DNA of 37,670 nt. Origin: a virus (Duplodnaviria; Caudoviricetes). Below, piece by piece: positions 27,738 to 37,610 of the stretch; position 1 is the stretch's first letter; the number at the start of each line of letters is the position of its first letter. Made by a program: the position numbers and the translations under genes. Below the pieces are notes generated by a model. It did no database searches, had not been told where the DNA came from, and saw only the letters and a program-made list of their open reading frames with translations. The stretch lies in IMG/VR virus record IMGVR_UViG_3300031519_000078, positions 1-37,670 of that record; one strand, 5' to 3'.

Positions 27738-27926
27738 ATGGCGTTATGTTTAACAAGGAATAGCGGTGAGGCCATTATCATTGGCGGCCACACTCGCATT
27801 GAGGTTAGGGAGATGAAGACTAATAGAGGTAAGTGCTATCAGCTTATCATCGACGCGCCAAAAGAGGTGACAGTACATAGGGAGGAGATTCAAAATCGAA
27901 TCGACGAGCAACGAGAAGGAGAATGA
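27738..27926 (+). CDS. csrA: CsrA/RsmA-like protein
   Basis: L.LTR..GE.I.IG...I.APKEV.VHREEI. Confidence 0.85.
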   Translation: MALCLTRNSGEAIIIGGHTRIEVREMKTNRGKCYQLIIDAPKEVTVHREEIQNRIDEQREGE

Positions 27927-27945
27927 GAAGAGGGGGCCGTTCAGC

Positions 27946-28317
27946 GTGAGCGCAAAACAGAAAGAGCGTGAGAGGCTAGCGCGAGAAATGGTAGAGTTCG
28001 TGGCGGCGGGCGGTCAAGTGCAGGTGTTGCCTTGCTCGCTTGATACAAAGGGACGGGAAATATCAGAGTACAATGGACACGTTTACAAGTTGGATGACGG
28101 GAGGAAAAAGGCGAACGTTTCGCGCCACATGGTGGCAAGATCTAACATTGCTAAATGCCAAGTTATATACAATGAGCTGACCAGCAAAGAATGTATAATT
28201 GACGACCCGCGACAAACACAAGCGAAAGTGAAGCGACTAATGAAACAACGGCATGGTTTAGACTTCACTGATACAACTATACAGCGCTACATTAGGGAGG
28301 TCAGAAAGTCTATATAA
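27946..28317 (+). CDS. Protein with a SutA-like RNAP-binding N-terminus
   Basis: AKQKERERLAREMVEFVAAGGQVQVL. Confidence 0.6.
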   Translation: MSAKQKERERLAREMVEFVAAGGQVQVLPCSLDTKGREISEYNGHVYKLDDGRKKANVSRHMVARSNIAKCQVIYNELTSKECIIDDPRQTQAKVKRLMKQRHGLDFTDTTIQRYIREVRKSI

Positions 28318-28664
28318 TAACGCTACCCTGGCCGCCAACCGTCAACACGTATTACCGCAGCACTAGAGGCGGGGTGAAGATATCGGCGCGTGGCAGGGCT
28401 TACAAATCTATTGTGGGCGGCTTATGCGTTGATCAAGGGGTTTATGGCTTGGGGCTGTCTGGGTTGTTGCGGCTCGATATTAAAGCGGGGCCACCTGACC
28501 GACGTAGGCGTGATCTTGATAACTTATCGAAAAGTCTGTTCGACTCGTTGCAAGGCGCGGGTGTTTTCATTGATGACAACCAGATTGATGATTTCAGAAT
28601 GAGGAGAGACAGAGAGATTAAAAAGGGTACGGTTCTTGTTACTATTTACGTGTTAGGGGAGTGA
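28314..28664 (+). CDS. rusA: RusA Holliday junction resolvase
   Basis: LPWPPTVNTYY, PPDRRRRDLDN and DDNQID motifs; the conserved N-terminus lies upstream of the GTG at 28374. Confidence 0.9.
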   Translation: MITLPWPPTVNTYYRSTRGGVKISARGRAYKSIVGGLCVDQGVYGLGLSGLLRLDIKAGPPDRRRRDLDNLSKSLFDSLQGAGVFIDDNQIDDFRMRRDREIKKGTVLVTIYVLGE

Positions 28665-28975
28665 GTATGTTAACGTTCAAAGATGGGGTTAAGTTGTTCG
28701 GGATCAGGGGTGAGGTTGTTCTGTCGATCATGACAGTCTCGACGATATCGCAACGGCTGGCGATCGATACAGTTGTAACGAGTGTTACGGATGGTGTCCA
28801 CAGTCGAACAAGCTTACACTATTCCGGCTCGGCGGTAGACTTCAGAATTAGCCACATTGAGCCAGGGCGAGCCAAGAACCTTGTAGAGAGGATAAGGGCG
28901 GCGCTTACTGATGAATTTGATGTCGTGCTTGAATCTGATCATGTTCACGTTGAGTTCCAGCCAAAGAGGGTTTAG
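28661..28975 (+). CDS. M15/hedgehog-type Zn peptidase, probable endolysin
   Basis: SLHYSGSAVD and HVHVE motifs. Confidence 0.75.
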   Translation: MSMLTFKDGVKLFGIRGEVVLSIMTVSTISQRLAIDTVVTSVTDGVHSRTSLHYSGSAVDFRISHIEPGRAKNLVERIRAALTDEFDVVLESDHVHVEFQPKRV

Positions 28976-28978
28976 TTT

Positions 28979-29359
28979 ATGAGTGATTACCTGAATCATG
29001 TACAAGATCTTCTCAAGGGTTGGGGGAAGTGGGCGAGGCGGGGCGGTCTGAATTTAGGCTATCAACCTACATTCTTGTCACTATCACGCGCTAGACGACA
29101 GCTGAACCCTAATCTGGAAATGATCATGGACCTTAACGACGATGACGCGCTAGCGGTCGATGCTTGTGTGTCTGAGATGATTCTACAACATCCGCGACAG
29201 CACGAGGTGGCTATACATACGTATAGGTATAACGTGGCGGCGATGGTTAGCGCCAAGGCTTTGAGCTGCTCAAAATCAACAATTCTTAATGATCGCCGGT
29301 TTATCATTGAATATGTGGGTGAGTTGTTACCAAAGATCAAAGAAAAAACTAAAAATTAA
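28979..29359 (+). CDS. Antitermination protein Q-like
   Basis: LKGWGKWAR and DDDALAVDACV motifs; followed by promoter- and terminator-like elements. Confidence 0.75.
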   Translation: MSDYLNHVQDLLKGWGKWARRGGLNLGYQPTFLSLSRARRQLNPNLEMIMDLNDDDALAVDACVSEMILQHPRQHEVAIHTYRYNVAAMVSAKALSCSKSTILNDRRFIIEYVGELLPKIKEKTKN

Positions 29360-29493
29360 GGTTGCAAGTTGCGCGGAAAGTAGTATATTTCAAGTATGGT
29401 GACGAGATTGACGTTTAAAAGTGTTGTCCTACTTCCTGCCGTCGTCAAGTTACCATATATTTATGATTGAGCACTTGAGTTATAAGTGCTTGT

Positions 29494-29520
29494 AAAAGGC
29501 TCCTAATCGGAGCTTTTTTT
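29494..29520 (+). terminator. tR'-like terminator
   Basis: GGCTCC-TAATC-GGAGCT followed by a T run. Confidence 0.7.
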
Positions 29521-29606
29521 ATGCCTAAAATTTCACTCTGGCCATTCTTGGCCTTCTCCCTTGAGGTGCCTTCGTGGTGCCTTTTTTTATGGCTGTCAAT
29601 GAATGA

Positions 29607-29912
29607 ATGGAAATACCAGACGATCAAGTCATGAATGCTTTTGCGGCTGTTACCAGCGTGATAGGCGTACTATCCGGCACAGTTGTATATTTATATAAAA
29701 TATTAAGTAAAAGACAAGAACTGTCAGAGCAGCGAGCAGAACAGCGGCAAGAAGCGACCCACAAAAAACTAGACAATTGCGAGCATAGGCACAAAGAAAC
29801 TACCGAAAGGATAATTTCAATGTCTGAAGATATCGGAAGACTTAAAGGTCTTGAACAGATGCACGACATAGTTCTAAAAGAGATCAAAGGGCTTAGGCGT
29901 AGTGATCCATGA
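29607..29912 (+). CDS. TM plus coiled-coil protein (holin/antiholin candidate)
   Basis: First late gene; one N-terminal TM segment. Confidence 0.45.
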   Translation: MEIPDDQVMNAFAAVTSVIGVLSGTVVYLYKILSKRQELSEQRAEQRQEATHKKLDNCEHRHKETTERIISMSEDIGRLKGLEQMHDIVLKEIKGLRRSDP

Positions 29913-30333
29913 TACATTTACGCTTATTTCATTAGCGCTTACCCCATTAACAATAGCGGCGTGCTTTGCTGTTGTTTTGATATGGAGGAGTGCGGCATAT
30001 AAAGCGTATAAAAAGAAAATAAAAGTGGATATTGATTGGTTTATTCTTGGCGTGGTCGTTGGTTTTCTAGGATCAGCATTTGATAATCTTTACTGGGGCA
30101 TAGCTTGGACGGCTGACTATTTAAGGATTGATTCAAAAGATGAACTATTCAAGGCGGGCGTGTATAGCAATACGTTTTTTAGGCAATTATGCACAGCTTT
30201 AGCGGCTACTTGTCACATAAAAGCGGCGCTTGAATTGACGCCCGGATTTGTTAGGGGTCTATTGATGTTAAGTGGTGCCGCTGGATTGGCGTATTGCCTC
30301 GCATTATTACTTATAAGATTTAACACGGGGTGA
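29902..30333 (+). CDS. Multi-TM membrane protein (holin candidate)
   Basis: Three to four hydrophobic segments. Confidence 0.45.
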   Translation: MIHDTFTLISLALTPLTIAACFAVVLIWRSAAYKAYKKKIKVDIDWFILGVVVGFLGSAFDNLYWGIAWTADYLRIDSKDELFKAGVYSNTFFRQLCTALAATCHIKAALELTPGFVRGLLMLSGAAGLAYCLALLLIRFNTG

Positions 30334-30335
30334 AT

Positions 30336-30494
30336 ATGCTTAAAACGGTATTGATTGCGCTAGGCAGAGATAAAACACTGGATTTATTGATTGCTGGCGC
30401 GGAGGCTTTAAAAGAAATAGATATTAATCCGGACTCTGAAAAAGACGAGGCGGTCTTTAATTTCCTAATCAAATTAATAGAGGCGTTGCGCTAA
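30336..30494 (+). CDS. 52-aa hypothetical protein
   Basis: MLKTVLIALGRDK...; tightly packed between neighbouring genes. Confidence 0.55.
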   Translation: MLKTVLIALGRDKTLDLLIAGAEALKEIDINPDSEKDEAVFNFLIKLIEALR

Positions 30495-30496
30495 TT

Positions 30497-30682
30497 ATGG
30501 AGTTAGAAAAGTGTAAGCGGACAGGGTGCAGCGTTCGCGGAACAAAGCAAAAAGGGTGCTGTGATGATGTTGATGTGCTGCTTGAATGTTCGGCCTGCGG
30601 TTTGAAGGATGGACCCTACCCGCTCAAAGGCGTTGATGATATTTGGCAAGATGAAAAAAGAATTAGGGGCATTGATAAATAA
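30497..30682 (+). CDS. Small Cys-rich protein
   Basis: CxxxxC, CC and CxxC; RBS GAGG. Confidence 0.5.
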   Translation: MELEKCKRTGCSVRGTKQKGCCDDVDVLLECSACGLKDGPYPLKGVDDIWQDEKRIRGIDK

Positions 30683-33363
30683 TGACTATTGATAGCGTAG
30701 CGATAACTAAAAATGCTGTTTTAAATACAGACACTAACGTTATCCGAATCCCATCAACAGCGCAAAGCGGCGCGGTAGCGCTAACTGTTAGAGCTAATCC
30801 TATCGCGGCGCGTGTCGTTCAGTGCGGTGTACCACTCTTTGAGTCTTCCGTATCGAGCGCTAGTGAATTAGTTGTAAAGAATGAGCTAGGCCAAGAAATA
30901 CCGGCACAATTTGACATTCTAACAACGTGGCCTGACGGATCAATTAAAGTGGTATTGATCACGTGCAGCGTTGCAGCGTCAGCCAGCGCTACAAAGCTTT
31001 ATTCTCTAGAGTATGGCGCGGGTGTTACGCAATCGAGCTACAGCACAAATCTATCACTAACAACCAGCGCTACAGAATACACGATTGATACCGGAAAAAT
31101 CCGCGTGGTACTCGATCGAGACACGGGCGCACTTATTAAAAGCGTTCATGCTGACACCGCAGGCAATCAGACCTATTCAACGCAGGTGTTAGGCGCTTCA
31201 GAGCTGGCCAGTGTTGACGCGCTCGACGATACCGAGTATTTAGCATCAAACGAAACGGCTCCAACGTGGGCAGTATTGCGCAATGGTGCTATGAATGTGC
31301 AGCTTCGAGCAGTCGGCTACCTGCGCGACAATTCAAACAACACTTACACACAGTTTAGAGTTTGGATTGACCTCTTTAATGATAGTGATGAAATCGGTAT
31401 AGAGTACTGCATGGTTGATGACCGGCAGAGCGATACTAACCAGAGCATTGATATATTCACTATTGACTCCTCACTTGCTTCTAAAAGCATTGTGTGGACG
31501 TTTAACCACTCGTTAGCATCAAACCATAAATATATATTTGGTGGCGAGAATTTCAACTCAACCGGCGATTTAACGCAAGAAGAATATATATTCCAGTCTG
31601 GATACTGGGGAATAAATGGCGCGGGAAGAGTGACAGCGGACCCTAACGGCACGGGTGACGATGCAACCGGAAACAGCCAAACCTACAGCGGCATTCAATC
31701 CGGCAACAGAGCTAAAGGGTTCGCTAGTTGTCATAATGGGACGGTGGGTGTTAGCACCATTATGCGTAATTTTTGGCAGCTATGGCCAAACGAATTAAGC
31801 ATGGATACCAGCGCCACAAAGATACACCTACACCCGGACAAATTCAACGCGGGAACCGCTACCGTTAGATACTCAACAGACGGATTATTAAGGCGGCCTA
31901 ACACTGTTTTTAATTCAAGTCCTGGAATTGCTAAAACGTATCAAATGAAATTAATTGTTCATTCTGCTACACCGGTAGCCGATACGCTCGACAATATAAC
32001 CGACAATTTCAACAATCAATTACCTGAGCTTTTATGTACAGCAGAGCATTATTGCACTACTAAATTCTTGTATGATTTAATTCCAAACGAATCAGCAAAA
32101 GCGCTATTTCATAGCACACTTTTAGACAACGTTCTGCGCAAGTCTCGAACTGAGCACCCAGAGCGTGAGGAGCCATATGGTTGGCGAGATTGGGGCGATA
32201 GATACCGGCACGGCTACGAGGACCAGGTTAGTTCAGATGGTGGTGAAACATCCTATAGGATAAGCGGATTTTATAACGGGGCGCATATTGGCGCGGTGAA
32301 TTATTATATTCTGTTTTTTGAAACGCTGGAATCTGAGTGGCTACACCAGGGCGAGATTGAAACGCGCCATTTTATGGATCAAGACGTAAATCACGGTGAA
32401 GTTATCGGACGGCCTAAACCGGCTGAATTCTCGCCTTGGCCAGCCGGTAACGTGCGGTTAATCAAACACAGCAACGTAGAGCACGGCGCACGATACACGC
32501 ACGAAGGCCATACTCATTTATCCGGCTTGCTGCCTTATCACTGGCTTACGGGCAATCAAAGAGCGTTTGAAGTTGCTCAGGAGATCGGCACACACTACGA
32601 ATTCAGAGCGCCAGCGGATTACAGGCTGCCGAGGTCGGTTACATATAGCAGCGATGGGCTAACACGTGGATTAGTAGAGACAGAACGTGACTTTGGTTGG
32701 CCGTTTTTCGTAATGTTGAATTGGGTTAAGCTCTCAAATGATGCGGCCTATTTTAACGACGTTTGCACCCGTGTTATGCAGTTTTTAGTGGATTGGTGGC
32801 AAACACCCGACGATCACTACCAAGCTGATGTAATAGTGGGGCGCTCTGATTATCAGCAGGGTACAGGGTACTGGTTGCTTGATGAAATGGACAACGGCAT
32901 TAACGGGACGCATTCAAACGGCACTCAACCGTGGATGGCCGGGTCAATATTCCATGCATGTATTGAATGGCTCAACCTTGATGAACGATATAACACGGGC
33001 ATTGATCGGCAAGAAGTGCGGAACATGCTATATCAATGTATGCAGTTTGTTATGGATTGGGGGCTAAGGCCTGACCAGACTAATTTTTGGTACTCAGAAG
33101 TAAGGCAGAGCGATTCTAGCGGCGCTAGGCTGCTAATGGACCCATTCTCACAGTTGTACCTATGGTACAAAGAAGACCTTGCAGCAAGCCGCATAACCAA
33201 CCCTGAATGGTTCGACCATGCGTTATGGAAAACCGTTATTTTAAACAATTACACGTATTTAAAACAAACCGGCTACAGTTCAAACCGGTTCGGTTTTTAT
33301 GGGTATGAATTAATTTTTCCTAACACGTTTTGGCGGCTGGCTAAAATAATCGAGGCTGAATAA
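30682..33363 (+). CDS. YetA/PcRGLX (PL26)-like carbohydrate-active protein
   Basis: GVPL...IPAQ...WPDGS.K N-terminal motif; RNFWQLWP and YGWRDWGD; Trp/His-rich helical C-terminus. Confidence 0.6.
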   Translation: MTIDSVAITKNAVLNTDTNVIRIPSTAQSGAVALTVRANPIAARVVQCGVPLFESSVSSASELVVKNELGQEIPAQFDILTTWPDGSIKVVLITCSVAASASATKLYSLEYGAGVTQSSYSTNLSLTTSATEYTIDTGKIRVVLDRDTGALIKSVHADTAGNQTYSTQVLGASELASVDALDDTEYLASNETAPTWAVLRNGAMNVQLRAVGYLRDNSNNTYTQFRVWIDLFNDSDEIGIEYCMVDDRQSDTNQSIDIFTIDSSLASKSIVWTFNHSLASNHKYIFGGENFNSTGDLTQEEYIFQSGYWGINGAGRVTADPNGTGDDATGNSQTYSGIQSGNRAKGFASCHNGTVGVSTIMRNFWQLWPNELSMDTSATKIHLHPDKFNAGTATVRYSTDGLLRRPNTVFNSSPGIAKTYQMKLIVHSATPVADTLDNITDNFNNQLPELLCTAEHYCTTKFLYDLIPNESAKALFHSTLLDNVLRKSRTEHPEREEPYGWRDWGDRYRHGYEDQVSSDGGETSYRISGFYNGAHIGAVNYYILFFETLESEWLHQGEIETRHFMDQDVNHGEVIGRPKPAEFSPWPAGNVRLIKHSNVEHGARYTHEGHTHLSGLLPYHWLTGNQRAFEVAQEIGTHYEFRAPADYRLPRSVTYSSDGLTRGLVETERDFGWPFFVMLNWVKLSNDAAYFNDVCTRVMQFLVDWWQTPDDHYQADVIVGRSDYQQGTGYWLLDEMDNGINGTHSNGTQPWMAGSIFHACIEWLNLDERYNTGIDRQEVRNMLYQCMQFVMDWGLRPDQTNFWYSEVRQSDSSGARLLMDPFSQLYLWYKEDLAASRITNPEWFDHALWKTVILNNYTYLKQTGYSSNRFGFYGYELIFPNTFWRLAKIIEAE

Positions 33364-36300
33364 TGAGTAACACCATCGGCTTACCTATCAAGCATGATTT
33401 TAAGATTGTAAACGATGCTTATGCTAAAACGCTAACGCACGAAGACAAGCAAATTGATATAGAGATCGGCGACGAAAAAAAACCAGGACGGTTTGAGCCT
33501 CAATTAAAATCCAAGTTTTACGGCAATGAGTGCAATCTATCGGTTAGATATTTAAGCGACAATAAAAGCACCCTGCCGACAATTGAAGGAAATAAAATTG
33601 TTTGGGAAAACGACGACGAAAGAGCGGAAATCTATCAATTAGATGGTGGGTTTGAATTCTCGGTTATTCTCAAACATAGGCCAGATGATTGTGACATCAA
33701 TTTCAGCATACAACACAAAAACCTAATGTTTGCGAAACAGTTAGAGATAACCCAAGCGGACGCGGACGAGCTAGGGGTGACACTTGGCGAGGCGAGAGCA
33801 GGCAGGCCAGAGAACGTTATCAATTCGTACGCTGTTTATCATAGCAACCCAAACGCAGACACTAAAAAAATAGAAGGCTATCGAACGGGTAAAGCTTTCC
33901 ATATTTTCAGACCGTGGGCCGAAGATGCTAACGGTTGGCGCGTTTGGTGTGATTTAAATATTGTTGAAGGGCTTATAGTTGTAAGCTTGCCGGAAGCGTT
34001 TAGGCTTAACGCCACCTACCCTGTTTTAGTAGATCCCACATTTGGATATTCGAGCCAAGGAGCAACCGAGGTAACGATAGGCGACACGGGCGCGGGTGCT
34101 AGTAAAATGTTTTCAGATGCCGCTAACCAGCTGGCGAGCGTTGCGGCTAATAAATCCGTGACGAAGTTGTCTATGTATCTGAGATGCACAAGCGGAACCG
34201 GAACCGTTGAGGTCGGTTTATACGACCTAACAACCCTAGCATTAGTCGGAAAAACTACTTTAAGTTTTACCAATACAGCCGTTGAGCTGGTTGAAAATAC
34301 CGTTAGCCTTGCGATGACGGAAGGTGAAGATTATGTTATAGCGTATGGTAACACGGAAGATTCAGGGGTTGTTATTAAAGGGTATTATGATACCCCAGGC
34401 GGTACGCAGATGGTTAGGGCTAACCCTGAATCGGGCGCGTTACCGGCTACGTTTGTTATAGGTTCTGGTGTTTCGCAATTATACTCAATGTTTGCAACAT
34501 ACGGCGAAGCGGCAGCGGCGCCAGTATTTAGCGGGACTATCCCCAACTATTCAGGCGCAAGAACAACACCGGTTAGCATAGCGACAGGGCCATACTTTGA
34601 TAACGCGGAATCATTCAGCGTCGCTAACCTGCCAGCGGGAGCGGCTTTTAATACTGTTACAGGTGAATTAACTTGGACCTCACCCACCAACGGCGTTTAT
34701 AGTGCCATTGTTGTAACTGCAACGAATGGGTTAGGCTCTGACGATTCTAACGCATTCAGTGTTACTATTAACGCTCAAGCGCCAGTTAATACCGATCCGA
34801 TACTAAACCAAACCGGAAACAGAACTAACGCCATTACTAACCTAGACGCTTCAGGCTATTTTGACTTTGCCACATCTTACGCAGGAACTAACTTACCCGA
34901 TGGTTTAACGATTGCGTCAGGAACGGGAATAATCAGCGGCACGCCAACGGTTGAGGGTGTATTCTCCCCTCATGTGACGGCAACTAACGCCGACGGTTCA
35001 ACAGATTCAAACTCGTTTAACTGGACCATATCGGCACCCTTGCCCATTCCAACGGTTAGCGCTGTAAACAGTGGCAACAACCTACAGCGCAGCCAGTCTA
35101 TAGCGATTACGGGCACGAACTTCGAAGCCTCACAAGGCACCGGATCGGTTGAATTTAACAGTGTGGCGCTTACTGTTACGGCGTGGGCTGATGCCTCTAT
35201 AACTGTAACTGTTCCAGATGAGGGTTTTATATTCGGTTCTGTTCATGACCTTGTTATTGAAAACAATAGCGGCTATTCGGTCACTGAATCAGAGCAGTTT
35301 GTGCCAGAGTCAACGCACAGCTTTGTTACGATGGGTGTTAATTATGCCGGTTTTCCCAGTGATTCATTCATGTTTGGTGAGTCTGATTTGAGCGCTGTAG
35401 TGGTTGGTGATCAGGTTATGTATCAGCTCGCAGCGAGTCCACAGGGCACGGTATCAGTGGATGACCAAGGCGTTGCAGTGGTCAGCGGTGCAGGCTCGGC
35501 AGGAGACTACACGTTTGATTATCTCATCAATGATGCCAGTGATTTGACGGTATCGAGTAATGACACGGCTATTGTCACCCTAACTTCATCCGATACTGAC
35601 GTAACAGCGCCAACGTTCGCGACCGCTCCAGCGGTTTCTAACGTCGGTGAGACGACGTTAACGGCAACGGCTACAATCAATGAGACGGGTGATATATTCG
35701 TCGTGGTAGTGCCTTCAGCCGAGGCTACACCAACGCCAGCGCAGGTGATAGCGGGGCAAAACGCGGCAGGAGGAGCGCCAAGCGCAGCAGATAGCGCAAC
35801 AGCAGAAACGAGCATAACGGCAGCGATTACAGGTCTCACTAACAACACAAGCTATAAGGTTTGTTTTGCAGCTCAAGACGACGAAGGCACGCCAAACTTG
35901 CAGGCTAGCACCTCAGTAGTGAGCGCCACGACTACGGCAACGCCAGACATCACTCCGCCAACGTTTGCAACTGGGCCAACCGTGAGCGCGGTAACGCAGT
36001 CAACAGCGACGATTAACGCGACGATAAACGAAACTGGAACAATCTACTTTGTAATAATCCGGCAATCTGAAGACACGCCAAGCGTTGCAGAGATTATAAG
36101 CGGCATTCTTGAAGCTGGGGATGAGCCTATCACACCTGCGGCAATCGGTTCGGGTGCTGCTTTAAGTAGTTATCTAGTTAACAATCTAGCGGCAGGAATC
36201 CCATACAAAGCGTGTTTTGCGGCTAGGGATAGCGCAAGTAACGCGCAAGTAACGCCAACCCTTGTCAACTTTACGACCTCACAAGCGGGATCTGTTAGGT

Positions 36301-36539
36301 CTCTATCTGTTGAGCTGGTTGATGCTGATGGTGTGGCGGTTGCTAGTACTGTTGTTGATTGGCAACTGCAAGATGACTGGGGAATTGTTACAGATTCGGG
36401 CCAAGATACGACAGATGCCGATGGTGTGCTTGCTTTAACGAATCTAACAACGTCACCATTGGACGCTTTTCTAATTGTCAAAGACCCAGCCAGTGCCAAC
36501 GAAATAGGCGCTTACCCTGTCAGCGTAACGGAGAGTTAA
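33363..36539 (+). CDS. Large Ig-like / He_PIG / IPT / FN3 domain protein, putative fibre or adhesin
   Basis: LPDGLTI..GTGIISGTPT, ITGTNF and two D.T.PTFAT.P.VS.V repeats; Thr/Ala-rich. Confidence 0.7.
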   Translation: MSNTIGLPIKHDFKIVNDAYAKTLTHEDKQIDIEIGDEKKPGRFEPQLKSKFYGNECNLSVRYLSDNKSTLPTIEGNKIVWENDDERAEIYQLDGGFEFSVILKHRPDDCDINFSIQHKNLMFAKQLEITQADADELGVTLGEARAGRPENVINSYAVYHSNPNADTKKIEGYRTGKAFHIFRPWAEDANGWRVWCDLNIVEGLIVVSLPEAFRLNATYPVLVDPTFGYSSQGATEVTIGDTGAGASKMFSDAANQLASVAANKSVTKLSMYLRCTSGTGTVEVGLYDLTTLALVGKTTLSFTNTAVELVENTVSLAMTEGEDYVIAYGNTEDSGVVIKGYYDTPGGTQMVRANPESGALPATFVIGSGVSQLYSMFATYGEAAAAPVFSGTIPNYSGARTTPVSIATGPYFDNAESFSVANLPAGAAFNTVTGELTWTSPTNGVYSAIVVTATNGLGSDDSNAFSVTINAQAPVNTDPILNQTGNRTNAITNLDASGYFDFATSYAGTNLPDGLTIASGTGIISGTPTVEGVFSPHVTATNADGSTDSNSFNWTISAPLPIPTVSAVNSGNNLQRSQSIAITGTNFEASQGTGSVEFNSVALTVTAWADASITVTVPDEGFIFGSVHDLVIENNSGYSVTESEQFVPESTHSFVTMGVNYAGFPSDSFMFGESDLSAVVVGDQVMYQLAASPQGTVSVDDQGVAVVSGAGSAGDYTFDYLINDASDLTVSSNDTAIVTLTSSDTDVTAPTFATAPAVSNVGETTLTATATINETGDIFVVVVPSAEATPTPAQVIAGQNAAGGAPSAADSATAETSITAAITGLTNNTSYKVCFAAQDDEGTPNLQASTSVVSATTTATPDITPPTFATGPTVSAVTQSTATINATINETGTIYFVIIRQSEDTPSVAEIISGILEAGDEPITPAAIGSGAALSSYLVNNLAAGIPYKACFAARDSASNAQVTPTLVNFTTSQAGSVRSLSVELVDADGVAVASTVVDWQLQDDWGIVTDSGQDTTDADGVLALTNLTTSPLDAFLIVKDPASANEIGAYPVSVTES

Positions 36540-36543
36540 GCCA

Positions 36544-36942
36544 ATGTCGTTTATTTTACGGGATACCCGTTATAACGGTGGCCCGAGTTTAATATTTGAT
36601 AATGTAGTCTTCTTGGCACCGGTTAACCGTGCGCCAGTGTTCACAAGCGCAGCGGCTTTAACCGTATCACAAAACGACACAGGCACCCACACGCTCACGG
36701 CTACAGACGCAGACAGTGACGCGCTCACTTATGCGGTTGTCGGTAGTTGGCCAGCGTGGGCAACCCTGGCGGCTGACGTTATCACACTAGCGCCTGGTGT
36801 TGACATTACGCCAGCGGATTACGCGCTAACTGTTAGCGTCTATGATGGCGTGGCTACTGTCGAGCAGGTGATAACGGTAACTGTTGCCCTGGCTTTCTGG
36901 GGTTACGTGCCTCCAATCAATCGAATTGTTAGGTTCTTTTAA
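36544..36942 (+). CDS. Cadherin/Ig-like domain protein
   Basis: VNRAPVFTS...ATDADSDALTY. Confidence 0.65.
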   Translation: MSFILRDTRYNGGPSLIFDNVVFLAPVNRAPVFTSAAALTVSQNDTGTHTLTATDADSDALTYAVVGSWPAWATLAADVITLAPGVDITPADYALTVSVYDGVATVEQVITVTVALAFWGYVPPINRIVRFF

Positions 36943-37262
36943 TGCATATTGTAGAGCAGGATAAAAACGCAGTATCTAATTACTGGCTAGACTATTCGGT
37001 TGTTGTTGGTGCTGGCTTGACGGTTGACAGTGTGGCGCTTGATCCTGATGGCGCGCTTGCAGGTATAACAGTTGTATCTAAGGGTCTCAACCCTAGCGAA
37101 CTGACAGACAGCTCAGGCAATACATATCCAGTGGGCACAGTGTTAGGTGTCTGCATTCAAGGCGGCACACTTGGCGAGCGTTACGCACTGCTAAGCCGCG
37201 TTACTTCAGAGAGCGCAGAGATAGACGACAGAACGCTATTTATAGATATAGTAGACAAATAA
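36942..37262 (+). CDS. Putative fibre-tail adaptor-like protein
   Basis: QDKNAV..Y.LDY...GGT.G..Y...DDRT pattern. Confidence 0.5.
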   Translation: MHIVEQDKNAVSNYWLDYSVVVGAGLTVDSVALDPDGALAGITVVSKGLNPSELTDSSGNTYPVGTVLGVCIQGGTLGERYALLSRVTSESAEIDDRTLFIDIVDK

Positions 37263-37610
37263 ATGCCAGCACGTTCTAAGCGCTTATGTAATCGGCCAGG
37301 GTGCAGGGATACAACATATAAAAGATTTTGTGATAAGCATAACAACGATGGCGACAAGCAGCGGGCTAACGCTAACAGCCGTGGTTATAATTATAGGTGG
37401 GGCAAGTTTAGGAAGACATACATTAACGCTAATCCATTGTGTGTGTTCTGTCTTGATAATGGGACGGTGACAACGGCAACGGATGTTGACCATATTAAAC
37501 CATTGGCTGATTGCCCAGAGCTAAAATATAACGTTGAGAACCTCCGCTCGTTGTGCCATGCGTGCCACAGTCGGAGGACAGCAACGGACCAACCAGGCGC
37601 GAGAAAATAA
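37263..37610 (+). CDS. Terminase-associated HNH endonuclease (HK97 gp74-like)
   Basis: RGY..RW, PLCVFC, VDHIKP and NLRSLCHACH motifs; precedes terS on the circular map. Confidence 0.92.
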   Translation: MPARSKRLCNRPGCRDTTYKRFCDKHNNDGDKQRANANSRGYNYRWGKFRKTYINANPLCVFCLDNGTVTTATDVDHIKPLADCPELKYNVENLRSLCHACHSRRTATDQPGARK

